NCBI GenBank assembly: GCA_044225365.1
Contig: JBGAIQ010000006.1
Location: 32,001 to 96,000, forward strand
Direction of reading: 5' to 3'
Length of the DNA stretch: 64,000 bases
Source of the DNA: Planctomycetota bacterium
GTDB taxonomy: Bacteria; Planctomycetota; B15-G4; JADJEK01
Under the pieces are notes generated by a model. That model ran no database searches and was not told where the DNA came from. It saw only the letters and a program-made list of their open reading frames with translations. The position numbers were made by a program, and so were the translations under genes. The number at the start of each line of letters is the position of its first letter. Positions within the stretch are counted from its first letter, which is position 1. Below, one piece after another: positions 47,530-58,700 of this stretch.

Positions 47530-49500
47530 TCACTTCTTCACGTAGGGCTTGCGGTGGATCTCGACCTTCGTCGTGGTGCCGGCGGGCCCCGTAAGGATCG
47601 GTTCGAATCGGCGATCGGGATCGACGAGACGCGTGTTCGGCGGCAATCCCGTGAGAAGGAGTCTGCCCGCGGCATCGGGTCGCCCCTGGAAGACCGAATA
47701 CATGGCGGAATCGCCCCACGCTTCGGGAAGGAGCCCGATGGGCCGGGCGAAGGGTTCGCCGTGGACATCGAACGCCGTCACATCGAGGGTCGCTCCCGTC
47801 GCGAGGGAAAGCTCAAGAGACGTGTCCCTCGTTGCGACGTCGACCGTGCCCTCGGCATACAGGGCTTCGCCCGCAGCGTCCTCCGGTTCGTCCGCGATCG
47901 CGACGAAGTGGTGATGTCCCTTCGGGAGGGAGAGCTCGCGAACGAGCGGCGATGTAGCGTCTACGGTCCCCTGGAACCGGCTCACCGCCGCGGTATCGCC
48001 GGCGCACACCATCACGCGAACCGACTGCGGCGCCTTCAGGCAGTCGCCGCGAATCGTCAGCGTCGTCGTGAGGACGTCGACGAGCGAGACCACGATCTCG
48101 AGATCGTGCGGTTCGATCCGCACGGGCTTCGGCCAGCGCACGCGGAGTCCAGCATGCGGGGTCCATTCGCCCGACTCGGAGAGATCCGGAAGGAGGCCGA
48201 TCGTCGCATCGAGCGTCGGTACTCCATCGATGGTGAACGGCACTCCGAGGGGAACGTGCAGGACGAAGTTGAAGACTCCGGGCCCAGCCGTCACGGGGCC
48301 GTTGATCTGCAAGCCCATGCGGGGCGGTTCGAGTGCCTTTCGCGAAGGAGGCGAGAGGAACGCCGCGAGCGGATCGACTTCGATCCCCTCGTGCTGCACG
48401 ACGACCCTTGCCGCCACGCTGCCGCCCTCGCGTCGAGGCACGTCACCAAGATCCCGCACCTCGCTCTCGAGAAGATCACACCTCGCTTCGTAGGCGACGA
48501 ACGATCGCGCGCCGTGCTCCGCGATCGCGAAGATCCGATATCGACCCGCGCGAACGCCCTCGAACGAGAACGAACCGTCTCCGCTCTCCATCATCGCTTC
48601 GGGTTCGATGCTCCAGCGCACGTCCTTCGCTGGCGCTTCCTCGATGCGCAGCAGGTCGATGCGCACCGGATGCGCGAGCGCATGCGCGAGGAGGAGTCGG
48701 CCGTGGATCGCCGCCACCCCCGAAGATCCTCGCAAGCGGAGGATCCCGGTGTCGTCCGCCATCGTGAACGGATCGGACGTTCCGTTCGACGCATTCGCGC
48801 CCTCGAACCGCACGCGGTGGCGAGACGTCACCTTCACGACGTAGTCGCCCGGTTCGAGCGAGAAGCGCGCAACGCCGGTCGCATCCGTCTGCGCCATCGC
48901 GACCGCCGGGTCGGAGATCGCGAACTCGTGGAGGACACTCGTTCGCCGGCCGCCCTCGAAGACCGACTCGAACCACGATTGGAACCACGAGGCGTCGACC
49001 GAGCGATCCTTGGCGTGCGCGGCGGCATCGTCGAGCAACGCCTTGGAATCATCGCGAATCGAGATTCGCATCCTTTCGATGAGGTCTGCCAACCACCACT
49101 TCAGGAACGCCGCACGATCGCTCGTCGACAGATCGACGAGCGATTCGAACGATCGCCCGTGCGCCGCGTGAACCTCGAGCGCGACGTCGTGGATGCCGTC
49201 GCCGTTCGCCTTCTCGATCCGGACCTCGAGGTTCGGCGCGCGAACCGGCGCGGCTTCCGACTCGGGCGAGATCGGATCCTCCGTCCGTGGCCGCGTGTCC
49301 TCGGCGACGACGTGCTCGCGAATGAGCTGGGCCTCCGTCGCGACGACGTCGCCGTGACGACTCGACAAGTGCTTCTCGAAGTGCATCGGGGGATGCGAGA
49401 GCGATCGCAGCTCGAAGACGAGGAAGAGGAGAACGGCGAGCGCCGCTGGGATCAGCGACGCTCGCCCAATCGATCGGGGAGAGATCGAAGCGCGAGTCAT
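47530..49500 (-). CDS. Membrane-anchored hypothetical protein with carboxypeptidase-regulatory-like beta-sandwich repeats
   Basis: ATGA overlap with upstream stop; N-terminal TM LIPAALAVLLFLVF; TDATGVARFSLEPGDY, GSFSFEGVRAGRY, DAAGRLLLTGLP repeats. Confidence 0.72.
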   Translation of the reverse strand: MTRASISPRSIGRASLIPAALAVLLFLVFELRSLSHPPMHFEKHLSSRHGDVVATEAQLIREHVVAEDTRPRTEDPISPESEAAPVRAPNLEVRIEKANGDGIHDVALEVHAAHGRSFESLVDLSTSDRAAFLKWWLADLIERMRISIRDDSKALLDDAAAHAKDRSVDASWFQSWFESVFEGGRRTSVLHEFAISDPAVAMAQTDATGVARFSLEPGDYVVKVTSRHRVRFEGANASNGTSDPFTMADDTGILRLRGSSGVAAIHGRLLLAHALAHPVRIDLLRIEEAPAKDVRWSIEPEAMMESGDGSFSFEGVRAGRYRIFAIAEHGARSFVAYEARCDLLESEVRDLGDVPRREGGSVAARVVVQHEGIEVDPLAAFLSPPSRKALEPPRMGLQINGPVTAGPGVFNFVLHVPLGVPFTIDGVPTLDATIGLLPDLSESGEWTPHAGLRVRWPKPVRIEPHDLEIVVSLVDVLTTTLTIRGDCLKAPQSVRVMVCAGDTAAVSRFQGTVDATSPLVRELSLPKGHHHFVAIADEPEDAAGEALYAEGTVDVATRDTSLELSLATGATLDVTAFDVHGEPFARPIGLLPEAWGDSAMYSVFQGRPDAAGRLLLTGLPPNTRLVDPDRRFEPILTGPAGTTTKVEIHRKPYVKK

Positions 49501-50240
49501 GGACACACCGAGAACTCGAGCTTGTCGATCAGCGAGTACACGTGCCCCTGGGCGCCGATCTTCACCGCGGCCTGGATCCCGTAGAACTCGTCGGCCCACG
49601 CCTTGGCGATCGCGGTCGTCTTCACCACGTAGGCGAAGGTCACGACGGGGCAGAGCGTGCCGTGAATGTGGTCCTTCAACTTCTCGCGATACTCGCCGAC
49701 GTGATTTCCGACGTCGATGGGAATGCTCCCGAGTCCCGTCTGCGGGTTCTCGATCGGGATCTGCGACCCGAGGCCGAGCGCTCCCTGCTTCGTCTCCCCC
49801 GCCGTCTTCGTGAGCACGAGCAGACTCTTGTCCACGAGCGAGCCGTCCTTGTAGACCGCAACGCTCTCGCTGCCGCCCGCGTAGCCCGCGCACTCGGCGT
49901 CCTGCAGATCCGCGAAGCCCTGGAGATCGAGGTCGAAGTGGTACTCGACCTCTCCGATCTCGTGACCCGGTGTCGGCACGTGTTGCCAGACTTCCATCTT
50001 CTTCCCCATCGCGTTCGAGCCCGCGAAGACTTCGTAAGGCGTGAGGAACGAGTCGACGGCGCCGCCGTTGTCACTCATTCCATGGCCGTTCGCCCAGGTC
50101 TCGGCGAGCGCCATCGCGCGGTCCTTGCGATCGATCTTCGCGTCCTGATCCCCGAAGTCGATGTAGACCGCCTTCACCCAATCGGCGTGCGCACTCGACG
50201 CGACACCGAAACCGAGAAGACAGAGCACGAGCGCTTTCAT
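49497..50240 (-). CDS. Secreted hypothetical protein (247 aa)
   Basis: SD-like aaagga before ATG; signal peptide ending AHA-D; strong coding bias. Confidence 0.8.
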   Translation of the reverse strand: MKALVLCLLGFGVASSAHADWVKAVYIDFGDQDAKIDRKDRAMALAETWANGHGMSDNGGAVDSFLTPYEVFAGSNAMGKKMEVWQHVPTPGHEIGEVEYHFDLDLQGFADLQDAECAGYAGGSESVAVYKDGSLVDKSLLVLTKTAGETKQGALGLGSQIPIENPQTGLGSIPIDVGNHVGEYREKLKDHIHGTLCPVVTFAYVVKTTAIAKAWADEFYGIQAAVKIGAQGHVYSLIDKLEFSVCP

Positions 50241-50366
50241 GGCATTTCCTTTCGCGTTCCATCGGACCCTTGCGACGCACCGTGCGCCGATCGGGTCCGC
50301 TTTCCGCGAGGAGAAATGCCGCTGTGCGGTGCTTATATCCGCGAAGCGTCGGATTCTTTTTGAAGG

Positions 50367-52139
50367 TCAGTCGAGGCCCGGCACCTGCGCTTCGCGTACC
50401 AAGGCGATCGCTCGCGCGATGGCTTCGTCGACGCTGAGGTTGCCCTTCTGATCCGCCGTCTTGCGCAGTGACCACTCGACGACGCCCGTGCCGGCATCGC
50501 GACCCACGGTGATGCGAATCGGAATGCCGACGAGATCTCCGTCCTTGAACTTCACACCGGGCGAGACCTTCGGCCGATCGTCGACGAGCACGTCGACACC
50601 CGCCTTGGTGAGTTCGGATTCGATGCGATTCGCGAGTTCGTCCTGCACCTGTTCGCCCGGCTTGACGACGACGACGAGCACGCTGTGCGGCGCGATCGGC
50701 AAGGGCCAGATCATGCCGTTGGCGTCGTTGTTCTGCTCGATCGCGGCCGCGGCGACGCGCGATACACCGATGCCATAACAGCCCATCCAGATGACCTGCG
50801 ATTTGCCGTTCACGTCGAGGAAGCGCGCATTCATCGCCTCGGAGTACTTGGTTCCGAGTTGGAAGATGTGCCCGACCTCGATGCCGCGGACGATCTCGAT
50901 CGCGTCTTCGCTGTCGAGCATCCTGTCGCCCGCCTGCACCAGTCCGAAGTCGTGCGTCTCCGGCTGTGGTAGATCGCGTCCGAACCACACGTCGAGATAA
51001 TGCGTGTCGGTCTCGTTGCCGCCGCACAGGAAGCCGTTCACGCCCTCCACCGATTTGTCGGCGAGGAGACGAATGCCGGCGGCGAGGCCGATCGGCCCGG
51101 CGAAACCGGGCTCCGCGCCGGTCGCCGCGCGCACGAGCTTCTCGTCGGCCATCTCGATCGCGAGAGCGCCGAGGAAGTTCACGAGCTTGATCTCGTTGAT
51201 CTCGCGGTCGCCGCGCGCCATCACCGCAACCGTTTCCTCACGACCATTCGGGTTCTTCTTGTCGGGCGCGTAGACGGCCTTGTAGAGCACGGTCTTGAGC
51301 ATCCGCTGGAGCGGCAACTCCGGGAACAGCTTGCATAGATCGTCGCAGCTCTTCGCTTTGGGCGTCGGCTCCTTGTGCATCGCGACCTGCTTGTCGCAGG
51401 CCGGCGGCGGCGGAATGCGGCTCGTCGCTTTCTCGAGATTCGCCGCGTACTCGCGCGCGCGGCAGATCGCGATCGCGTCCTCGCCGGAGAGCGCGTCGAC
51501 CATGAACTCCTCGCTCTTCGCGCCGCCGATCGAGCCCGAGTCGGCTTCGACCGGCGTGAAGCCGAGTCCGCAGCGCGTGAAGATCGAGCGGTAGACCTTC
51601 TTCATCACTTCGTAGGACGCCGCCATCGCCGTCGGATCGACGTCGAACGAATACGCGTCCTTCATGATGAACTCGCGCCCGCGCATCAGGCCGAAGCGCG
51701 GACGGATCTCGTCGCGGAACTTGGTTTGGATCTGATACAGCGTGACGGGGAGCTGCTTGTAGCTCTGCACGTTCTGCCGCACGTACGTGGTGATCACCTC
51801 TTCGTGCGTGGGGCCGAGGCACACTTCGGAACCCTTGCGATCGGCGAAGTGGAACAGGATCCCATCCTTCACGTAGCGCGCCCAGCGATGGCTCTCCTCC
51901 CAGATCTCGCGCGGCTGCAGCGCCGGCATGTGCAGCTCGACGCAGTTCGCCTTGTCGTGTTCCTGCCGCACGATCGCGGAGATCCTTCGCAGAGTCCGCC
52001 ACAGGAGCGGGCCGTAGACGTAGATGCCGGCCGCGAGCTTGTGGACGAGTCCGGCGCGCACGAACAGGGCGTGGGAGCGGACGTCGGCGTCCGCGGGTTC
52101 TTCTCGGAGCGTGGTGAAGAGGGTCTTGCTGAGTCGCAT
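50367..52139 (-). CDS. proS: Proline--tRNA ligase (bacterial type with INS editing domain)
   Basis: LGPTHEE, QTKFRDEIRPRFGLMRGREFIMKDAYSF, GIEVGHIFQLGTKYS, MGCYGIGVSR. Confidence 0.97.
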   Translation of the reverse strand: MRLSKTLFTTLREEPADADVRSHALFVRAGLVHKLAAGIYVYGPLLWRTLRRISAIVRQEHDKANCVELHMPALQPREIWEESHRWARYVKDGILFHFADRKGSEVCLGPTHEEVITTYVRQNVQSYKQLPVTLYQIQTKFRDEIRPRFGLMRGREFIMKDAYSFDVDPTAMAASYEVMKKVYRSIFTRCGLGFTPVEADSGSIGGAKSEEFMVDALSGEDAIAICRAREYAANLEKATSRIPPPPACDKQVAMHKEPTPKAKSCDDLCKLFPELPLQRMLKTVLYKAVYAPDKKNPNGREETVAVMARGDREINEIKLVNFLGALAIEMADEKLVRAATGAEPGFAGPIGLAAGIRLLADKSVEGVNGFLCGGNETDTHYLDVWFGRDLPQPETHDFGLVQAGDRMLDSEDAIEIVRGIEVGHIFQLGTKYSEAMNARFLDVNGKSQVIWMGCYGIGVSRVAAAAIEQNNDANGMIWPLPIAPHSVLVVVVKPGEQVQDELANRIESELTKAGVDVLVDDRPKVSPGVKFKDGDLVGIPIRITVGRDAGTGVVEWSLRKTADQKGNLSVDEAIARAIALVREAQVPGLD

Positions 52140-52334
52140 GACGCCAGAAATACCAGAAGCGGTCGCGCTTCGCGAACGGTCACCGACGAAGCCTTGGAAG
52201 ACGGCACGAAGCAAACGACCCCCGGATCTTTCTCCACTTCCTCGAAGAATCCCGCCCGGACGCATCCGCCATTCACGTGAGTGCCCAGGACGACAACCTC
52301 CTCGCACGATCCCGGATCGCCACGGAACCGATCG

Positions 52335-53282
52335 ATGAATACTCCTTTGCCCTCTCTGAACGAACCTTCCTCGACCGACGAAGCGCGACCGCCGGAATCG
52401 ATGGCCGCCGACGCACCCGACTCCGCGGGACGAACGAAAGCGGCGCGCCGCGTGGCGTTCTTCATCCTCTCCGCCCTCTACCTCATTGCGATCTCCGCGC
52501 TCCCCGCGGGCGCGGCCGCCACCCTGGCACTACTTGCGCAGCGCGGCGGGGCGCGCTTCCTCGCCATCGCGATCGCGCCCGTCGTGTACGTCCTCGGCTT
52601 TGGGGTCGTCGCGGGACTGTTGTCGCGCTTTCATCAGCATGCGATCGTGCGCGGCAAGTTCCGCCGCGACGTCGGAGACCCGATCTACTTCCACCGGCGG
52701 TTGTACGGGCTGTGCTGGACGACGGTGACGTACACCGTATTCGTCTACGCCGCGTGGTTGGCATTGCCCTATACGAAGCGGCTCCTCTTCCGGATGTTCG
52801 GGATGCCAGGGCCGCTCGCCTTCACGAGCTACCCGGACACTTGGGTGCGCGACCTCCCGTTGCTTCATCTCGGACGCGGCGCCTACTTGTCGAACAAGGC
52901 CACGCTCGGGACCAACATGTGCCTCGCGGGGAACACCATCGTGATCGAACCGATCACGATCGGCGCCGACGCGATCGTGGGACATCTCGCGGTTCTCGCG
53001 CCGGGCGGAAGGATCGACGATCACGCAGAGATTGGAGCTGCCGCCGTCATCGGCCTTGGTGTACGCGTGGGAAAACACGCCGGAATCGGCCCCCTCGTCG
53101 TTCTCGACCACGGCTCGCGGGTTGGAGACGGAACTCGGATTGGGAATCGTAGCTACATCGGTGTCGGCGCCTCGATCGGTCCCGATATCTCCATTCCGCC
53201 GGCCTCGATCATTCCGGCGCGCACGAGATTGCGCACCCAAGCGGATGTCGACCGCTTTCTGGCGCGGCCCGTTCAAACCTAG
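52335..53282 (+). CDS. Membrane-anchored left-handed beta-helix (hexapeptide repeat) acyltransferase-like protein
   Basis: N-terminal TM helices, then repeats ITIGADAIVG, VRVGKHAGIG, SRVGDGTRIG, ASIGPDISIP. Start uncertain (52335 or 52401). Confidence 0.78.
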   Translation: MNTPLPSLNEPSSTDEARPPESMAADAPDSAGRTKAARRVAFFILSALYLIAISALPAGAAATLALLAQRGGARFLAIAIAPVVYVLGFGVVAGLLSRFHQHAIVRGKFRRDVGDPIYFHRRLYGLCWTTVTYTVFVYAAWLALPYTKRLLFRMFGMPGPLAFTSYPDTWVRDLPLLHLGRGAYLSNKATLGTNMCLAGNTIVIEPITIGADAIVGHLAVLAPGGRIDDHAEIGAAAVIGLGVRVGKHAGIGPLVVLDHGSRVGDGTRIGNRSYIGVGASIGPDISIPPASIIPARTRLRTQADVDRFLARPVQT

Positions 53283-53391
53283 TGTCGCGAAACCAGCCTG
53301 CCGGGGATCGAGTTTCCCTTCGACCTCACGACGGCCTACCATCGAGCCCGACATTCGCGAGCGTGCGGTCTTCAACGCGAGGACGGATTCG

Positions 53392-54024
53392 ATGGTCGAC
53401 CTTGCTTCGCAATTCGGCGGCATCGACATCTACGTCTTCGATCAGTTGTTGCGCGGACGCATCGCGCCTGGCCACAAGGTCCTCGACGCGGGATGCGGCC
53501 CAGGTCGCAATCTCCACTATCTGCTGAAGGCGGGTTTCGAGGTCTTCGCGATCGACGGCAACAATGAGGCGATCCTCGCGGTGCGCGCGATGGCCGCGCG
53601 ACTCGCCCCCGACTTGCCGACGACGAACTTTCGCATGGAGTCCGTCGATGCGATGTCGTTCGAAGACGGGAGCTTCGATGTCGTCGTATGCAATGCCGTA
53701 CTGCACTTCGCGCGCGACCCCTCCCACTTCGAGGCGATGCTCCGCGAATGCTGGCGCGTGTTGAAGCCGGGTGGCATGTTCTTCACCCGCCTCGCCTCGT
53801 CGATCGGCATGCAGCAAAGAATGAAGCCGCTGGGCGACGGTCGCTACTCCCTGCCCGACGGGAGCGATCGCTTCCTCGTGGACGCGGCGATGCTCGATCG
53901 CTTCGAGCGAGCGCTCGGCGCGACGCGACTCGACCCACTGAAGACCACTCTCGTCGAGGAACTGCGATGCATGACGACCTGGGTGCTCCGCAAGGACCTC
54001 CGCAAGAACGAAGGCGGCGCATGA
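53392..54024 (+). CDS. Class I SAM-dependent methyltransferase
   Basis: VLDAGCGPGRN, FDVVVCNAVLHFA, RVLKPGG. Confidence 0.9.
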   Translation: MVDLASQFGGIDIYVFDQLLRGRIAPGHKVLDAGCGPGRNLHYLLKAGFEVFAIDGNNEAILAVRAMAARLAPDLPTTNFRMESVDAMSFEDGSFDVVVCNAVLHFARDPSHFEAMLRECWRVLKPGGMFFTRLASSIGMQQRMKPLGDGRYSLPDGSDRFLVDAAMLDRFERALGATRLDPLKTTLVEELRCMTTWVLRKDLRKNEGGA

Positions 54025-55637
54025 TGGATCGATGGACTCTTTGCGCCGCATTCCTCGCCCTTGCGATCCCACGTTCCGTTCACGCGGGTCCGCAGAAACC
54101 GCAAGCGATGTCGGAGGGCCTCAAGGGCTACATCCACATGAACGTCCCTGCGCCCGACGCAGGCGATTTCGGCTTTGGCATCGGTTTCTATGCGACCGCC
54201 TGGCCCTTGGTCGAGAAGCCCATCGCCGACTTCCAGATCGGGTTGCCCTCGACTTGGATCATCCCGGACAATCGCGATTTCGATCTGCCGCTCTGTCCCA
54301 AGGGCACGATCGCGCGCGACCATTGGCCGGAGCGCGGGCCGTCGTATCGCGACGTGTTCCAGACGATCGAAGGCGGACTCGGGTTCTGGGCGAGCACGCA
54401 GTTCGGCAGTGCGACCGCGAAGTACCGCATGAACGGCACGACGAATTGTTATTCGCACGAGATCTCGTCGCCCCTCTTCGGCTTCGGTCGGCCCGACGCG
54501 CTGCGCGAGGACCAACTCGGAATCGCTCAGCTCAGCAATCGATTGCTCGTACCGCCCGACGGACTCACGTTCGAAACAGGCACGAACGGAGAAGTCTTCG
54601 GCAACGCGTGGTTGGCGCTCCCCATCGTCCCCCGTACGAAGGAGAGCGGCGACGAGAGCTGGACGCTCTTCGTGCGCGCGACGAACTACAAGGGTCCGCT
54701 GGCGTTCTACATACCGAACGCGTGGAGCGCGATCGCGAAGGGCAACGACAACGCGGCGGGACGCACGCTCGATGCCAAAGCCGGGCTCATGAGCGGCGGA
54801 GCGATGGAGGTGAACACCGTCCCGCGATTCGTCGGCCGCGACGCGAAAGGAGTGGAGTACTCGAAGGTGCCGAGGCTTCAGTTCCCCGTCGACGAGGAAG
54901 GCCACACCGTGCTGATGCAGGACGTGGCGATGTACTCGAAGGCCGCGCTGTTCGAGCCGTTCGCCGCGTGGTTGAAGGGCGAGGGCTCGCTCGACAAGGC
55001 CTTCGATGCGCAGTCGGCATATTTCCCGAAATGCGGAACCGACCCGATCGAATTGCGACAGGGACCAGGCAACCTGCGACTCACGGGACTCGACGGCATC
55101 GTCGAGACGACGATGCTCGGAACGTCGACCTTCGGCCTGTCGTGGAAGAAGCGCGGGAGCGGTGCCGGAATGGCGTCGTTCCCCGAGTACTTCAAGCGGG
55201 ACGGTGAAGTGATGATCGCCGTCTCGAGGAGTGAAGTCCCGAAGGAGACGGGACTCGTCGAAGCCGAGTTCCTTCCCGCTCGTCGCGGCCGGCCCTACGT
55301 CGCACCCGTTACGAAGAACACCGTCTGGACCGACCCCGGGCCCGCGGCAGGACCGTTCACCCGTCCACTCTCGGACGGCAGCGTCGTGACGTTCTACTGG
55401 TACCGTTTCGTCGATCAGCCTTCGATCCGCGCTTTCCACTTCTCCCCGCAGGAGCAAGAACGAATGCAAGCGATCGCGGAGCGCGTCCACGGATTCTGGG
55501 CGAAGTCGGAACTGACGTTGCCGCCGCCCTCGCGCGGAAAGCTCGCAAAGCTCGACTCCGCTCTCCTCGTCGCGCCGCCGAAGGGACTCGAGGTCGGCTA
55601 CGTCCCGATCGTGACCGGTCAGGCAGCGAAGGACTGA
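54021..55637 (+). CDS. Secreted hypothetical protein, aromatic-rich
   Basis: ATGA overlap with the methyltransferase stop; signal peptide ending VHA; long ORF with typical codon usage. Confidence 0.78.
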   Translation: MMDRWTLCAAFLALAIPRSVHAGPQKPQAMSEGLKGYIHMNVPAPDAGDFGFGIGFYATAWPLVEKPIADFQIGLPSTWIIPDNRDFDLPLCPKGTIARDHWPERGPSYRDVFQTIEGGLGFWASTQFGSATAKYRMNGTTNCYSHEISSPLFGFGRPDALREDQLGIAQLSNRLLVPPDGLTFETGTNGEVFGNAWLALPIVPRTKESGDESWTLFVRATNYKGPLAFYIPNAWSAIAKGNDNAAGRTLDAKAGLMSGGAMEVNTVPRFVGRDAKGVEYSKVPRLQFPVDEEGHTVLMQDVAMYSKAALFEPFAAWLKGEGSLDKAFDAQSAYFPKCGTDPIELRQGPGNLRLTGLDGIVETTMLGTSTFGLSWKKRGSGAGMASFPEYFKRDGEVMIAVSRSEVPKETGLVEAEFLPARRGRPYVAPVTKNTVWTDPGPAAGPFTRPLSDGSVVTFYWYRFVDQPSIRAFHFSPQEQERMQAIAERVHGFWAKSELTLPPPSRGKLAKLDSALLVAPPKGLEVGYVPIVTGQAAKD

Positions 55638-55734
55638 ATCTTCGCGCACGATTCTTCTGGATCGCGCGTTCCTTGCATTCCGGACGTCGACCTCCGACAA
55701 TCCTCCGCGACCTCGACCGTGGGAGCGCTCGCCG

Positions 55735-58700
55735 ATGACCGAACCAACGAGGGTGCGCGCGCTCTTCGAACGCGCCCTCCGCCTCCCCGCCGCCGAACGC
55801 GTGGCTTTCGTGCTGCGCGAAGCGAACAACGATGCCGACCTCGCCTACGCGGTGATCTTCCTGCTCGAGAGCGCTCCGCAATCCGGAGCACCGAAGACGG
55901 TGCAAGTCGACGCCTCGCTCGCCTCGCGCCTGAAGGCCGCGTTCGGAAAGGACCTCGACCCCAAGGTCTCCCTCGCAGGCGACGACTCTCGCATGGGCGA
56001 TTCGTCCCTCCTCGACAACCTCCTGAATCGAACGGCGACGACGTCGCGCTACGACTTCGGCGATGAGATCGCGCGCGGCGGAATGGGCGCGATCTCGCGC
56101 GTCTACGACCGGGATCTGCGACGCCATATCGCGATGAAAGTCATGCTCGACGACGATCCATCGCGGCTCGCACGGTTCCTCGAGGAAGCACAGGTCACCG
56201 GGCAGCTCGATCATCCGAACATCGTGCCGGTGCATGAACTCGGCATCGACGCCAGTAGCCGAGTCTTCTTCACGATGAAGCTGGTGAAGGGCGAGACCCT
56301 GAACGACGTCTTCGCGAAGGTCGTGAATCAGGTCGATGGCTGGAACCTCACACGCGCGCTGTCCGTGATCCTGCGCGTCTGCGAAGCGATGGCGTTCGCT
56401 CATGCCAAGGGCGTTTTGCATCGCGACATCAAGCCCGCCAACGTCATGGTCGGTCGCTTCGGCGAGGTGTACGTGATGGATTGGGGCCTCGCCCGCGTGA
56501 TCGGTCGCGCGGACACTCGCGATCTTCGGCTCAAGCCCGACGAGGGTCAGAGCGTCGTGCGCACCGAACGACGCGACATGGCGAGCGACACGCCGGACTC
56601 GCCGCTCATCACGATGGAAGGCATGGTCATGGGCACGCCGAGTTACATGCCCCCGGAACAAGCGGAGGGGACGATCGACTCGATTGGCCCGCATTCGGAC
56701 GTCTACGCCGTCGGTGCGATCCTCTATCGCCTGCTCTCCGGCTGCGAGCCGTATCGCGAGCCCGGTTCGCGGATGTCGAGCCATCAGATCCTGAATCGGG
56801 TGATCGCCGGCCCACCTCGGCCGGTGCATGAGATCGCGAAGGACATCTCCGCGGAGTTGCTCGCCATTCAAGAGAAGGCGATGGCGCGACGAATCGAAGA
56901 CCGATATCCCTCGATGACCGCGCTCGGAGACGACCTTCGCGCGTATCTCGAGAACCGCGTCGTTTCGGCCCATGCGACGGGCGCGATCGCGGAACTGAGG
57001 AAATGGGTGCAGCGCAACCCCGCTCTCGCGGCGGCGGCGAGCGTGCTCGTTCTCGTTCTCGCCGCCGCAACGGCGATCGTGACTCAGCAGAAGCGAGAAG
57101 TCGATTCGAAGAACATCGCGCTGGGACGAGCGAACGACGAGATCACCGCGCGGAAGTCCGAGGTGGAGGGCCAGAAGCGGATCGTCGACGCGAAGATCCG
57201 CGAGTTCGACCAGCTCGCGGGAAAGGTCCATCTCGAACGAGCGATCGCGCGCGAGAAGGACCTGTATCCGCCGTGGCCTGAGAAGGTCGATCCGATGCAA
57301 CGTTGGCTCGCGGAGGATGCGAAGCGTCTCCTCGATCTGAAGCCGACTTTGGAGCGGACGCTCGCGGACCTTCGTTCGCGGGCGATGCCGCCGAGCGATG
57401 CGGAGCGAGAGAACGCGCGAAGGACGCATCCGAGGTCCCACGAACTCGACATCCTGCGACATCGACTGGAATGGCTGCGGACTCGCAAGACGACAAGCAG
57501 CCGTGGAGCATCGCAGGACGATCCACTGCTGCCTTCCCCCATCGAGTCGAAGCGTGCCATCGAGTGGAATGCCTACGCGTGGAAACGAGTCGATCCGGAC
57601 GCCTCGAAGCGATTGTTCGGAGAGGAGCGACTCGCGCTCGCCGCGATACGGGGCGCCGTCGCGAAGATCGAAACGGGCGATACCTCGATGTCGCTCGCCG
57701 CCGCGCTCGACACTCTCGCCTGGGCTTACGTCGCGAACGGACTCGACGAGGAAGCGCGAACCGCTTCGGCCCGTGCACTCGAGTTGGCGCCCCCCAACAA
57801 GAAGGCCGATTATCGATCGGCGACCGAGGCGCTCGAAGCGGCGATCGCCGCGCTCCTCGGAGAGGCCGGAGCGAATCTGGAGTCGACTCTCGAGTCGCAG
57901 ATCGCCGCGCTCGAGTCCGAGATCGACTCGAATCGGGCGTGCTCGTTCGCGCTCGAATCCGAAACGTTCCTCTATTCGGCGCTGTCGGACCTCGCAACTT
58001 CGATCGCCACCTTCGAGACCGGCACGCGCGCCGACGTCGAGAAGCGCCTCGCGTGGGCGATGCACATCGACGATCTCACGAAGCACCACCCGAACGCGAG
58101 ACACACGTGGGAAGAAGCGCGAGCGGCGATCGCGAAGGCCGACGACGTCGTGGCTTCGAAACTCTACGCCTCGTCCTTGGGTGCGGGCGGGCCGATCGAT
58201 CTGCAACCTCAGCCGGGCCTCGTTCCGATCGGGATGAATCCGATCACCAAGCTGTGGGAGTTCTACGAACTGCGTTCGGCGTGCGATCTGGCGGCGGGTC
58301 AGGACCCGGCGACGATCGAGATCCCGACCCATCGAGCCGACGGCTCGATCGAGGTGAAGGACGGCACGGGGATCGTGTTCGTGCTCCTGCCGGGCGGCAG
58401 ATTCCTCCAAGGCGCCCAGGTCGGTGATCGCAACGCGTCGAACTTCGACCCGAACGCGGACAGCGACGAATGGCCACAAGAGGTGACGCTCGCCCCGTTC
58501 TTCCTCGCGCGACACGAAATGACGCGAGCCCAGTGGTATCGCCTTTCGAACGGCGAGGAGCCGTCGACGAACGCTCGCAATATCGCGTTTCCCAACGATC
58601 CGCCGATCGGATGGTGTCATCCGGTCGAAAGCGTCGAATGGACGATGTGCCGCGACTTGTTCGCACGGCACGGAATGACCCTTCCGACCGAAGCGCGCTG

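Noticed and set aside
303-58671. Many very long antisense or alternate-frame ORFs (e.g. 2997-5714 +, 19847-21631 +, 55357-58671 -)
   Set aside because: Arg/Ala/Asp-rich shadow ORFs expected from high-GC codon bias; no motifs, and each overlaps a well-supported gene.
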